A stretch of 64,000 nucleotides of DNA from Nanobdellati archaeon (GCA_019429005.1 JAHYJR010000002.1:32001-96000), one strand, 5' to 3'; positions 9,056 to 19,728 are shown, numbered from the stretch's first letter. The notes: generated by a model not told the origin, from the sequence alone. Program-made: numbers and translations.

Positions 9056-11485
9056 TCACATATCAAATCCAAGTTTGATATCATAACCATTGCATTCTAT
9101 ATCACAATCATCTTTAAACTCAAGAGTTTCAGCTTTAACTGTATTTTGTATATCTTCAGATACAGTATCAATCAAATCTTTTAGTTCATCACTACAAGAG
9201 ATTCTTATCTTTTTTATAGGCTGATTCATAGACACATTTTGTATTGACTTGTATTTTCTTACAGCCCCAATTATGGAACAAGCTATATCACCAGATTTTT
9301 CAGATGTTTTATCAATAAGATCTTTTTCAATTTCAGGCCAAGCAGTTATATGCACACTTTCAGATTTTTCGTTTTCTTTGAAAAATATCTGATAAATCTC
9401 TTCAGAAATATAGGGTGTAATTGGTGCAATCAATTTAACACACGCAAGAAGAACTTTGTAAAGTGTATAATGTGCTGATTCTTTTGAACCTTTAGGATAT
9501 TTATCAGGATTATATAATCTATCTTTTGCAATCTCAAGATAGTTATCACATAAATCTTGCCAGAAAAAGTTCTCAAACGCTCTTTTTGACTTTGAATATT
9601 GATATTCATCAAAAGCTTCAGTACACGTCTTAATTGTATCTGTCATCTTTGAAAGTATCCATTTATCAATAGTATTGGTTACCTTAATTTTTTTAGGTTT
9701 ATAATCTTCAAGATGTATAAATGCAAACTTAGACGCATTCCACATCTTTGTTACAAACTTGAGACCTGTTTTGATATCTTTCTCTTGATAAGACATATCA
9801 TCTCCAAGCTTAGATTCAGATGCCCAGAAACGTAACGCATCAGCAGGATACTTTTGAAGGACTGTAGATGGTTCAATTACATTTCCTTTTGATTTTGACA
9901 TTTTTTTTCCGTGTGAATCTAGTGCAAATCCACTTATCATAGTATTTTTCCAAGGTATGTTATTTTCATGGAACATACTTTTTACAACAGTATTGAATAG
10001 CCATAATGTTATTATATCATGTGCTTGAGTTCGCAGGTCCATAGGGAATAATTTTTTCATAGCATCTTTATCATCAATAAGACCTATTGCAATCTGTGGT
10101 GTAAGTGTTGAAGTTGCCCATGTGTTCATCACATCACGATCAGGTTCAAAATCGGAGCTACCACATTTACATTTGTTTTTAGGTTTATCTGTTAAGGGAT
10201 CAACAGGTAATTGACTTTCATCTGCTACGTTTATTTCTCCACATTTTTTACAGTACCATACGGGGAAGGGTATACCAAAACTTCTTTGCATAGATATACA
10301 CCAATCCCATTGAAGACCATTAATCCAATTATCATATCTTGTTCGCATATATTCTGGATACCAATTTATCTTTTTTCCAGCATCAATAAATTCTTTTTTA
10401 AGATCAAGATATTTGATAAACCATTGGCTTGTCTTTAATATTTCAATTTCAGTATCACATCTTTCATGTACATTAACACTATGTGTTATCTTTTTAGAAC
10501 TTTTGAGTATTCCCGCTTTCTCAAGGTCTTCAATTATAATTTTTCTAGCTTCTTTTATTTGCATACCTTCATATTTTCCAGCAATTTTAGTCATTTTTCC
10601 ATCTTTAGTTATTGCAACCCTAAGTGGAAGTTTATGAGCCTTAAACCATTCAATATCAGTCTGGTCACCAAAAGTACAGCACATAACAAGACCTGTACCT
10701 TTTTCAGGATCAACACGTTCATCAAGTAAAACAGTCACATCATGTCCAAATATAGGTACTTTAGCTGTGGTGCCTTCAAGTTTTTTATATCGTTTATCAT
10801 CAGGATGTGCAAAAAGTGCAACGCAAGCAGGAAGTAATTCAGGTCGTGTTGTGCTTATTATAGCATCTTTACCATCTTTAAGGGTAAATGCAAGATCATT
10901 AAAACTACTATCAAGTTCCTTATCTTGAAGCTCAATCTGTGCAATTGCAGTCTGACATGTAGGACACCATATATAAGGTGCTTCCATTCGATATTCTCGT
11001 CCCATTTTATAAAGATCAATAAAAGATTTCTGTGATATTTTTTGCGAATGTAAATCTATTGTAGAATAAGAAAGTGACCAATCTGCAGATATACCTATAT
11101 TTTTCCAACCTTGTATAAAAGCATCACGAAGTTCATTGATTGTTGAATGACAAAGTTTTACAAAATCACCTCTTTCCATTTTAGAGGATTTTACATTTTT
11201 CATTTTTTCAACAAGTTTTGCTGTAGGAAGTCCATTATCATCTGTTCCAAAAGGGAAAAATACACTAAAACCTCTCATTCTTTTGTATCTTGCGATAAAA
11301 TCCATTTGTGAAAAAGAGAATGCATGACCCATATGCATATTTCCAGACATTGTAGGTGGTGGAGAATCAATTGAATATATCTTTTTTGAATTTATATCAA
11401 ATTTATATATCTCTTTTTTATTCCATTTATCATTGATTCTATTTTCAGCATCTTGCCATTCATATTTATTAGGAATTTCTCGCAT
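9056..11485 (-). CDS. valS: valine--tRNA ligase (archaeal type)
   Basis: DSPPPT..HMGH, TTRPELL, GTGLVMCCTFGD, QAHDII, KMSKS; SD GTGAT-ATTT-ATG. Confidence 0.97.
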   Translation of the reverse strand: MREIPNKYEWQDAENRINDKWNKKEIYKFDINSKKIYSIDSPPPTMSGNMHMGHAFSFSQMDFIARYKRMRGFSVFFPFGTDDNGLPTAKLVEKMKNVKSSKMERGDFVKLCHSTINELRDAFIQGWKNIGISADWSLSYSTIDLHSQKISQKSFIDLYKMGREYRMEAPYIWCPTCQTAIAQIELQDKELDSSFNDLAFTLKDGKDAIISTTRPELLPACVALFAHPDDKRYKKLEGTTAKVPIFGHDVTVLLDERVDPEKGTGLVMCCTFGDQTDIEWFKAHKLPLRVAITKDGKMTKIAGKYEGMQIKEARKIIIEDLEKAGILKSSKKITHSVNVHERCDTEIEILKTSQWFIKYLDLKKEFIDAGKKINWYPEYMRTRYDNWINGLQWDWCISMQRSFGIPFPVWYCKKCGEINVADESQLPVDPLTDKPKNKCKCGSSDFEPDRDVMNTWATSTLTPQIAIGLIDDKDAMKKLFPMDLRTQAHDIITLWLFNTVVKSMFHENNIPWKNTMISGFALDSHGKKMSKSKGNVIEPSTVLQKYPADALRFWASESKLGDDMSYQEKDIKTGLKFVTKMWNASKFAFIHLEDYKPKKIKVTNTIDKWILSKMTDTIKTCTEAFDEYQYSKSKRAFENFFWQDLCDNYLEIAKDRLYNPDKYPKGSKESAHYTLYKVLLACVKLIAPITPYISEEIYQIFFKENEKSESVHITAWPEIEKDLIDKTSEKSGDIACSIIGAVRKYKSIQNVSMNQPIKKIRISCSDELKDLIDTVSEDIQNTVKAETLEFKDDCDIECNGYDIKLGFDM

Positions 11486-11600
11486 AAATATCACGTTTTA
11501 TAATTTTTAGATATTTAATCATATAAATCTACTTATTTTTTTGTGTTTTATAGAAAGATATTTAAACGCTTGGTTTAAATAACTATTATGTAGTGATATC

Positions 11601-12620
11601 ATGACATATTTATATCCTAGTTATGGAGAATCCCTTGATTTTCCAACAGATTTTGATGATAGATTAGATATTGTCTTATCAATTATAAATACAGAATCAA
11701 AATCTGCAATTCATGGATTTTGTTTAGATAATATTCCCAAAACAAAAGCTGAAATAAGAAATATTGCAAAAGATTATATGACAAACACTTCATCACTTCC
11801 AGACCCATCAACATTTGGAGAATATTGTAATTTTTTCTTTGAAAAAGGATCAGTTTCTAAAAGTAATATTTATTCAAAACCTAAAAAACAACCTAAGAAT
11901 AAATTTAAATTATCTGAAGAAGGTTATAAATATATCAAACCATTATCACAATTTTCACTTAAATATGCCGTTGATAATAATCTTAGTATGCAAGATATTT
12001 TTGGACAGACAAGTTCTAAAGGCTCTGGAAGCAGTCCATTTTATACTGGAATAATATTGCTTGAACTTAATCAAAAGGATAATATAAGTATTCATGACAT
12101 AAAAAATAATGTTAAAGTATATACAATTAATATAAGTAAACATCTTAAACGTCTTGAAAATTGTGGTTTTGTTGACTATGAATCTGTTTTTTCAGAAACA
12201 TCAAATTGGTCTGAACAAGATATTAAAGCAAAATATATACCTTGCGAAATACAATCAAATGTAATATTAACAGATAAAGGTCGCCAATTTATTGAAGAGT
12301 ATCTTAAACCAGTATATCAATTCATAAGTGATTCGGATTACGATATTGTTAATGATACAATTAAGGACATAGACCCTTATGCATATATTTCAAAAGGTTT
12401 CGAATTATATAAAAAGGCATCACCAAGATCTAAAGCTGAATCTTGTGAAACAATCCAAAATAAAATTCTTGAAATTTTAAAAAATGGCGAAGTTAGAAAA
12501 AAGGATATCGATTCAATTCTAGAAAAAAAAGACACATCAAAATATCTTAAACCCTTATTTGAGAATGGTATTCTCAACAAACGAAAATCAGGACTTGCTG
12601 TATTTTATTCTATTTTATAA
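11601..12620 (+). CDS. hypothetical protein with tandem winged-helix-like segments
   Basis: ISKHLKRLENCGFVDY..LTDKG, FKLSEEG and SKYLKPLFENGILNKRK..VFY resemble wHTH wings. Confidence 0.65.
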   Translation: MTYLYPSYGESLDFPTDFDDRLDIVLSIINTESKSAIHGFCLDNIPKTKAEIRNIAKDYMTNTSSLPDPSTFGEYCNFFFEKGSVSKSNIYSKPKKQPKNKFKLSEEGYKYIKPLSQFSLKYAVDNNLSMQDIFGQTSSKGSGSSPFYTGIILLELNQKDNISIHDIKNNVKVYTINISKHLKRLENCGFVDYESVFSETSNWSEQDIKAKYIPCEIQSNVILTDKGRQFIEEYLKPVYQFISDSDYDIVNDTIKDIDPYAYISKGFELYKKASPRSKAESCETIQNKILEILKNGEVRKKDIDSILEKKDTSKYLKPLFENGILNKRKSGLAVFYSIL

Positions 12621-12658
12621 AATTAAAATACAATTTTAAAATAAAAATAACAAAAAAT

Positions 12659-13801
12659 CTAAAACAAAATAAATGCTAAAGACACGATACCTGCGACAGA
12701 AAAACCAAAAAATATCTTTAGTATTGCATCTGATACAAGAAGGGTACATGCTAAAAATATAACTTTCCCTAGATTCATTGAAAATTCTTTAAATACTATA
12801 AATTCATCAGGATTTTTCTTATTTGCTTCATCAAAACTTACAGCAACAAAAGGAAGATCAATTAATACAATAATCAGACCACCTAAAAAGCTTAATATAA
12901 AATAATCAATTGTACCTTTTGAGAAAATTCTGACAAACCATAATATACCGAAAAGTAAACCGCCATAACGTATAAGTTTAAATTTATCCATGTTATCCGA
13001 TTTTTTACCAATATAAAATGTAAATGCAATTATTCCAAGACTTGTTATAGTATGAGATAACCCCATTCCAATTGTGCTTCCTTGAAGTCCCCAATATATG
13101 AAAATTGGCCAAAATAAATAACTAACTAGCGATTTGATACCATGAAACATAAAATATATTAAATATTTAAAATTATTTTTAAATTTCAACATTTTTTTAA
13201 ATGAAAAATTAACATGAGTTTTTGTATCTTTTGTGAAAAATAAAGGTATAATTGATATACAAACAAATACTGTTGTTGTTATAAAAAGTATATTAAAACC
13301 AAAAACAAGTGCGATTAGACCTCCAATTGTAGGACCTGCAAGCGATGCAATTTGTGGTATGGAAAACAGTTTACTTGTTTGTGTTCCTCTATGTAATTTA
13401 TTACTATGTTTAGCAAATATTGAATTTATTGAATTCCAATATAATGATGCACTACCTCCACCAATTAATGCAAGTAAATATATTGATATTGAATATGTTT
13501 CTATAAAATTTAAACCAAGTAAAAATGTAATAAGGAATGGCACTCTTAACATAATTATATGTTTAAAACCAATCTTGTTTGCAAGTGTTGCAGCAAATGG
13601 TGATACAAAACCAAGAGTACCTTCAAAAACAATAAAGAACATAATAACTTCATTAAAAGAATAACCTAGTTTAAGAAGATATATCGGTATAAATACAGAT
13701 ACGAGAGATAATGCAAAGCTTTGTATTGATAAGTTCATGTATACCTCCGAAAGCTCATTCTTAAGTATATGAATCTTATGAAAATGATAATGTCTATGCA
13801 T
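12659..13801 (-). CDS. MFS transporter
   Basis: About 12 hydrophobic segments; LANKIGFK and GKKSDNMDK loop motifs; AGPTIGG. Confidence 0.88.
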   Translation of the reverse strand: MHRHYHFHKIHILKNELSEVYMNLSIQSFALSLVSVFIPIYLLKLGYSFNEVIMFFIVFEGTLGFVSPFAATLANKIGFKHIIMLRVPFLITFLLGLNFIETYSISIYLLALIGGGSASLYWNSINSIFAKHSNKLHRGTQTSKLFSIPQIASLAGPTIGGLIALVFGFNILFITTTVFVCISIIPLFFTKDTKTHVNFSFKKMLKFKNNFKYLIYFMFHGIKSLVSYLFWPIFIYWGLQGSTIGMGLSHTITSLGIIAFTFYIGKKSDNMDKFKLIRYGGLLFGILWFVRIFSKGTIDYFILSFLGGLIIVLIDLPFVAVSFDEANKKNPDEFIVFKEFSMNLGKVIFLACTLLVSDAILKIFFGFSVAGIVSLAFILF

Positions 13802-13894
13802 ATTATCAGTATATTTAATCTAGTTTATATATTTTCGTGATGTTCCCTATTTAAAACGATAATTTTATAACCCTTAAAATATATTAAATATTAT

Positions 13895-14422
13895 ATAAAA
13901 CAAAGAGCGTTAATACTAGTAGATTTTGAAAATGAATGGATTAATAAAAATTCAGATTATTTTGTTGGAGATATTTCAAAAGTTATTGAAAAGACAAATA
14001 AGCTTATTGATTTTTGTAGAAAAAACAATTATAAAATAATATTCATTGCACATATTGAAAAAGATTCAAATAATGTATTTGCAGAAAATTCTGAAAACAT
14101 AAAAATTATTAACGAAATCAAAAGACACGATACCGATGTATTAATTAAAAAATATAAAATTATTCCATTTTTTAAGACGTCTCTTGAAGAAGAACTTCAA
14201 AGTATTAATGAAATTATTGTTTGTGGGATCTTAACAAATTTATGTGTTAGAAGTCTTATTCAAGATGCATATGATAGAGATTTTGAAATAAAAGTAATTA
14301 AAGATTGTTGTGTCGCTTTTGATGACAAAACACAAGAATTTACATTTAAAGATTTAAAGGATACAAGAGAAGAAATCGAATTCATAGATTTGAATGATTA
14401 TATTGAATTCAATTTAAATTAG
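13895..14422 (+). CDS. cysteine hydrolase (isochorismatase/nicotinamidase family) with no ATG/GTG/TTG start
   Basis: Open frame of 175 codons starting ATA: IKQRALILVDFENEW..IKKYKIIPFF..VCGILTNLCVRSLIQDAYDRDF. D-K-C triad intact. Confidence 0.85.
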   Translation: MKQRALILVDFENEWINKNSDYFVGDISKVIEKTNKLIDFCRKNNYKIIFIAHIEKDSNNVFAENSENIKIINEIKRHDTDVLIKKYKIIPFFKTSLEEELQSINEIIVCGILTNLCVRSLIQDAYDRDFEIKVIKDCCVAFDDKTQEFTFKDLKDTREEIEFIDLNDYIEFNLN

Positions 14423-14515
14423 TTATTTTAACAATGTATTATCAGTCAAATAATATGATTTTTTTAAAATAATTAAAATAGAAAACTATTTATTACACCT
14501 AGGTCAATTTAGATT

Positions 14516-14845
14516 ATGCACCGTCTGAATATATATCCAAAAGAGCTTAATAAAAAGTCGAAGATTATAATTACATCTTTAATTATATTTTGTATATTAT
14601 TAATTATAGTCTCTTTATATACATCAGGTAACATAAAAACGTTATTTTGTGAAAACGAAAAAGTACTTATAATAAATAGTAATGGCGGAACATTCGGCAC
14701 ACTTCTTGGAGAAGACAAAAATCATGTATTTCCAAATGGTGCTGTCGGCGGTTATAATATAATTTCACAGACTGGAGAAAACACATGGGTCATTTCAAGT
14801 ACAGTAGATGGTTTTGCTCGTAAAGAAACAAGATGTATAAACTGA
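14516..14845 (+). CDS. hypothetical protein with N-terminal membrane anchor
   Basis: One hydrophobic helix followed by a Gly-rich soluble part. Confidence 0.6.
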   Translation: MHRLNIYPKELNKKSKIIITSLIIFCILLIIVSLYTSGNIKTLFCENEKVLIINSNGGTFGTLLGEDKNHVFPNGAVGGYNIISQTGENTWVISSTVDGFARKETRCIN

Positions 14846-14863
14846 TAAGATGTATAAACTGAT
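14830..14863. repeat. 17-bp tandem duplication AAGATGTATAAACTGAT x2 spanning the stop codon
   Basis: Read directly. Confidence 0.8.
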
Positions 14864-14967
14864 TTGAGTATATATATTTTTGTTTTTAGTATTTCTCATT
14901 TTCTAATATATTTTTTCTAATATATTATAAATCTTATTTTTTTATAAATCAATCTTTTTTTAAAATT

Positions 14968-15153
14968 TTATTTCATTTTTCGTGACACATAAAATATAAT
15001 CACAGTTATAACAAAATAAATCAGCATATAATACAATATAGTACTTGTGCATAACTGATCTTGTAGCTTTAAAAGGGTTAATATATAAGTTAAAGAAACT
15101 GCAAAAAGTATATATCCTATAACCTGTTTTTGTTTAATTTTTTTTATTATCAT
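14968..15153 (-). CDS. small two-TM membrane protein
   Basis: Two hydrophobic segments; directly downstream of the 15167 ORF. Confidence 0.5.
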   Translation of the reverse strand: MIIKKIKQKQVIGYILFAVSLTYILTLLKLQDQLCTSTILYYMLIYFVITVIIFYVSRKMK

Positions 15154-15166
15154 AAATAATCAGTTT

Positions 15167-15430
15167 CTAACAATATTTTCCTTTAATCTCTTCAAGCTTA
15201 ACATACCATTCATTAACATCAAGTCGTTTCACATCAGGACCATGCAATAATTCACCAGTTATAAGTTTGTTAAGAAGATATGGTGTTGCACATTTATCAC
15301 AATCCGTATGACCTGCAAATTCACAGTAACTTTGTTGTTTCCATAGATTTATGCAAAATTCAAGTTCAGAAACAAGTGTAGCTTTTGAAATATTTTCTTT
15401 ATCATTTGAAACAGAGTCATAATTTTCCAT
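15167..15430 (-). CDS. small Cys-containing hypothetical protein
   Basis: SD GTGAT-TATT-ATG; C..CEFAGHTDCDKCATPY possible metal site. Confidence 0.65.
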   Translation of the reverse strand: MENYDSVSNDKENISKATLVSELEFCINLWKQQSYCEFAGHTDCDKCATPYLLNKLITGELLHGPDVKRLDVNEWYVKLEEIKGKYC

Positions 15431-15480
15431 AATAATCACAGAATATCATTAATCTTAAATATTAATAACCTTATTGATTT

Positions 15481-16143
15481 TTAAAAAAAACATCGCATAA
15501 ATTCTTTTTCCCAATCATCAAGATCATCATCTCCAATTTCATTTGAGACTTCTCGCTTTGCACGCGTTGTTTCTTTGTATTCTTTACGCCAATGATATGC
15601 AAAAAGACCACCTACAAAAAATCCGGTAAGATGTGCTACATGTCCAATATTGCTTGGCGTGAAAAGCCCAACAACATCAAAAACAATCCATAACCCCGCA
15701 AAAAAAGCCATAGGCAATGGAACACCACCCCAATATATCATCATCTTAGGCCTTAAAACACCAAGAATACCGATAACACCCATAATTGCACCAGATGCTC
15801 CAAGCGACATAGAATTAGGATAAGCGTAAATACTTGCTATAGCGGAAGTTATACCTGCTATAAAATAAAGATGTAAAAATTTTCGTGAATCTATAACACG
15901 TTCAAGTATAAAACCAAACCATGCAAGTGCAAACATGTTATATACAAGATGTTCAATATCTGCATGCAAAAACATTGATGTGATAAGAGTCCATGGTGCA
16001 GATAATACATTTTCGGGATTTAAAGCAAATATTGGTACTATCCAAGGCGCAACAGTTTCAATAAAAAAAATAATAAAATTAATAGCAACTAAAATCAATG
16101 AATAATAACCATGATATTCTTGTGTTTTCTTTTTAGTTGACAT
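15481..16143 (-). CDS. rhomboid intramembrane serine protease
   Basis: PWTLITSMFLHA, HLVYNM, GASG catalytic Ser, AHLTG catalytic His. Confidence 0.95.
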   Translation of the reverse strand: MSTKKKTQEYHGYYSLILVAINFIIFFIETVAPWIVPIFALNPENVLSAPWTLITSMFLHADIEHLVYNMFALAWFGFILERVIDSRKFLHLYFIAGITSAIASIYAYPNSMSLGASGAIMGVIGILGVLRPKMMIYWGGVPLPMAFFAGLWIVFDVVGLFTPSNIGHVAHLTGFFVGGLFAYHWRKEYKETTRAKREVSNEIGDDDLDDWEKEFMRCFF

Positions 16144-16185
16144 AGAAATATATTGCATCTATTATTTTTATGTTTGTTTGTGTTT

Positions 16186-16968
16186 TTAAAGACCTTTCAT
16201 TATCTCGCGAATATCTGTTATTATAGTTGATGGTTTCTCATCACCAACAGCATTTTCTATTTTTTCCATATTTGCATTATCATGAACAAGAACGCCCGTA
16301 AATAACCCACTTATATTTCCAAGTTTTATATCTGTACTTATATTGCTTCCAATAAGTATTGTATCTTCAGGAAATAAAAAAATATCATTTAATATACGCT
16401 CTTTCATATACCCTGAAGGTGAACCGAGTAATTGAATATTCTTACCAGTAAAGGTTTTAACGGCTGTAGAAAATGGTAATGCACCCGGATAAATCTCATC
16501 ACCGACAGACCATCTACTATCAAGACCTGTTGTATAAAGTTTTGCTCCAGCGTCAACAAGATCGTATATTTTTTTAAGTTTCCAATAAGTAAAATTTCTA
16601 TCAGTCCCAATAAGAACATGTTTTGCATCATCTTTTATTGAAATACCATATTTGTTAAGTTCTTTTATTAAACCAGATTCACCGACAACATAAACTTCAT
16701 CAATATTATTTTCTTCAAAATATTTTGCACATACATACCCTGTACTGATAATTTCTTTTTCACCTGTTTTTATGCCTAATTTTGTTAATCTCTGTGCAAT
16801 CTGTTCACGAGTACTTATAGAATTACTAGTAATATAATATATTTTTTTGCCACGATTTTTTAATGTAGAAATAACCCTATTTACATGAGGGTAAAGCTCA
16901 TTCCATTTCCATATAGTGTCATCTAAACTAAATATAAATGTTTTTATATTTGAATAATTAGTAATCAT
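16186..16968 (-). CDS. HAD-IIA (NagD-like) hydrolase homolog with degenerate active site
   Basis: NagD layout throughout (YVVGESGL, GTDRNFTY, TDIKLG), but the motifs read FSLDDT, TSNS, GSPS, GSNISTDI. Confidence 0.88.
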   Translation of the reverse strand: MITNYSNIKTFIFSLDDTIWKWNELYPHVNRVISTLKNRGKKIYYITSNSISTREQIAQRLTKLGIKTGEKEIISTGYVCAKYFEENNIDEVYVVGESGLIKELNKYGISIKDDAKHVLIGTDRNFTYWKLKKIYDLVDAGAKLYTTGLDSRWSVGDEIYPGALPFSTAVKTFTGKNIQLLGSPSGYMKERILNDIFLFPEDTILIGSNISTDIKLGNISGLFTGVLVHDNANMEKIENAVGDEKPSTIITDIREIMKGL

Positions 16969-17099
16969 GATTATCTTTTTGTTTAAGAAATAATTTAAAA
17001 GTATTGTTACTGTTTAAAAACATTATATTAAATTCAATTTGATTTAAAAAAAAATATACACAAAAATTAATTTTTATAGTTTTTTAAAATAAGTCTGAA

Positions 17100-17837
17100 T
17101 TAAGGCCCTAAAACAGTTTTTATTTTATCTAAAAAAGCAACGTTAATCTTAAGTTTATGATTCACAGCATCATCATAAGTTGTTTGGATAATATCAAGAA
17201 GTTCATCTCGTGCTTCATTTAATACAAATTTATTATCCTGAATTAAATCTGCAGATTTCAGTGCTTTTATATATAAACCATTATTATAATAAAATAAAAT
17301 TTCAGTAACAAAATTATTATCTCTCAGTATCTCATGGTCTCTAAGAATCTGTGTTCGATAAAAACCATATTTCAAATGTGTTAAAGCTGTTTCCAAATCA
17401 AGATTTTTTGATTCTTTATAATACCTATAATAATCTCTAGTTAATTTTGTTAAATGTTTTATTCGATCATTAAAAAAAGGTGCAATTTCTTTCTTTTTCC
17501 TGAATAATTTTTTTTTAGACACATATTTATAATTTAAACCTGGAAATATGAATCTAATTACGTTTATAATACTATTTGTTCCAATTTCACAATTTATATA
17601 AGGCGCATAATCTGAATTCATGAAATAAACATCATCATTAACTTTTGAAATGATTTCAGTATTGACCAACTTATTTAATATAGCTATATTTTTTTCTTCA
17701 ACAATAAAATTGAATTCACAAAAATCTTTGAACATGTCATACATTTGAATTACATTAAAACTTTTACCTGGTTTAATATCAGTCAAATTCATGACATAGA
17801 TTGCTACATCTTTCTTAATTTCATAGTCGTTATCCAA
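17100..17837 (-). CDS. hypothetical protein
   Basis: About 245-codon ORF; SD GGTGT-GATT-TTG. Confidence 0.7.
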   Translation of the reverse strand: MDNDYEIKKDVAIYVMNLTDIKPGKSFNVIQMYDMFKDFCEFNFIVEEKNIAILNKLVNTEIISKVNDDVYFMNSDYAPYINCEIGTNSIINVIRFIFPGLNYKYVSKKKLFRKKKEIAPFFNDRIKHLTKLTRDYYRYYKESKNLDLETALTHLKYGFYRTQILRDHEILRDNNFVTEILFYYNNGLYIKALKSADLIQDNKFVLNEARDELLDIIQTTYDDAVNHKLKINVAFLDKIKTVLGP

Positions 17838-17997
17838 AATCACACCATTTTAGTTTATTTAACATTATAATTTAGATTTCAATGTTTTTATTTGTTTTAA
17901 TTGTGATAAAATGTCAAAATAGCTATATAATATGATATTTATAGTTTTATTAACAAAAATAATAACACAATATATAATCAGATTAAATGTGGCATTT

Positions 17998-18365
17998 ATG
18001 AAAGAAGTCATAAAATTGAAAAACCTTACAAAGGTTTACAATGTTCCAAGAAAAGGATTAAAAAGCACTTTATAAAAATGGAAAATGGAAAAATTCAAAA
18101 CATAAAGAAAAAATATATTGATTCTAAATTAATTGAAGTTGAATATAGGGATTGTAAAGATGAAACACTTTATGATAAAGTCTTATAAGATGTTGAAGTT
18201 ATAACGAAAAATAATACACTTTTGATTTTAAAAGTCAAAGAGAAAAACGTTTCAGATGTAATTGGCAATATTTTCAAATCTCTGAAAGTGATTGATATCA
18301 AAATACAAGAACCCAAATTAGAAAATGTTGTAAAAAAGATTTACAAAAAGAAAAAGAATTCATAA
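17998..18365 (+). pseudogene. ABC transporter ATP-binding protein remnant (internal deletion)
   Basis: N-terminal MKEVIKLKNLTKVYNV joined to C-terminal VIDIKIQEPKLENVVKKIY; Walker motifs absent; in-frame TAA stops. Confidence 0.7.
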
Positions 18366-18376
18366 GGTAACTATTT

Positions 18377-18738
18377 ATGGGTTATGTGTCTAAGCATCTA
18401 AAAATATTCTAGAGAATTTGTGTGCTTAGTTTTAAAACAGTAATTGAATATCGTGCTAATTTTTTTACTAGTTTAGTAGGTCAAATAACACACCTCTTAA
18501 TCAAACTTCTATTCTGGAGTATTATATTTTTGAATATTCCCTCATTTGCATGATTGCAATTAAAAGATATACTAATTTTATTCATCTTTTTTGAAATTTC
18601 AGAAATGATATTTAATTTTCTTCATGGTTTTTGTAATTTGCCTAATAAAATTGTGAAAGGTGGATTATCGCACTATTTATTTTATCACGCTTTATCTGGA
18701 AACTTGGAGCAAAACGGTTTGAGTCACAAGGCGGTTAA
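18377..18738 (+). pseudogene. ABC-2 type permease (DUF990-like) remnant
   Basis: EYRANF motif, in-frame TAG and TGA, and C-terminal WKLGAKRFESQGG* in another frame. Confidence 0.7.
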
Positions 18739-18806
18739 ATAATCCATGACTTAATTCATAACCCAAATACAATAACAATATAAACAAATAAAACCAATCT
18801 TAATCT

Positions 18807-19631
18807 ATGCGAGAACCTATAGCAGGAGGTTTTTATCCTGAAAATAAAGTATTTCTTGAAATTATGTTAGATAAATTTATGTTAAAAAAGAATACAAAAA
18901 AATCAAATGTTATAGGTGCAGTTGTACCTCATGCAGGATATCTATATTCTGGAAATACTGCAGCAGAAGTGTATAACAATCTAAAGAAAAAGTATGATTC
19001 TGTTATAATTATAGGTCCAGACCATACAGGACTTGCAAAAAGTGTCTCTTTAAGTGATGAAGATTGGAACACACCGCTAGGTTCTATACAAATTGACATG
19101 GATCTTTCAAATAAAATTATCAAAAATTTAGATATTGCATCATTTGATAACACAGCTCATATGTATGAACATTCTATTGAAGTTCAACTTCCAATGCTTC
19201 TTAGAGTTCTTGGTAATTTCAAATTTATACCAATTATAATACCTTCAACAATATCAGACATGGACACTCTTGAAAAGATTGGACTAGCATTACGAAAATC
19301 AATTGGTGATTTAGATGTTCTTGTAATTGCAAGTTCTGATTTTACTCATTTTGGTCGAGGTTATGGTTTTGTACCAGTTAAAACAGACGAAATAAAATGG
19401 ATACATAATATGGATAAGACCTTGATAGATGACATAATAAACCTTAATCCAATAAAACTAATTGAACATGCAGAATTAACTACAGCCTGTGGTATAGAAC
19501 CTATATGTGTTATGTTATCTTGTATCAAAAAACAATCAAAAAAAGGAAAATGTCTTAAATATACTACTAGTTTTGAAGTTTCAGGTATAAAAAATGCGAT
19601 TGTTGGATATTCTGGAATCATTTTTGAATAA
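18807..19631 (+). CDS. MEMO1 family protein (AmmeMemoRadiSam protein B)
   Basis: REPIAGGFYP, PHAGYLYSG, GPDH, EHSIEVQLP, SSDFTH, ACG, VGY. Confidence 0.95.
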   Translation: MREPIAGGFYPENKVFLEIMLDKFMLKKNTKKSNVIGAVVPHAGYLYSGNTAAEVYNNLKKKYDSVIIIGPDHTGLAKSVSLSDEDWNTPLGSIQIDMDLSNKIIKNLDIASFDNTAHMYEHSIEVQLPMLLRVLGNFKFIPIIIPSTISDMDTLEKIGLALRKSIGDLDVLVIASSDFTHFGRGYGFVPVKTDEIKWIHNMDKTLIDDIINLNPIKLIEHAELTTACGIEPICVMLSCIKKQSKKGKCLKYTTSFEVSGIKNAIVGYSGIIFE

Positions 19632-19728
19632 AAATTAACCCATTTAAACACTCTTATTCTAAGAAAGTTATTTAAACTTTTTTAATATAATATTTAATAC
19701 TTACTAATTGTAAAAAAGATGATATGTT

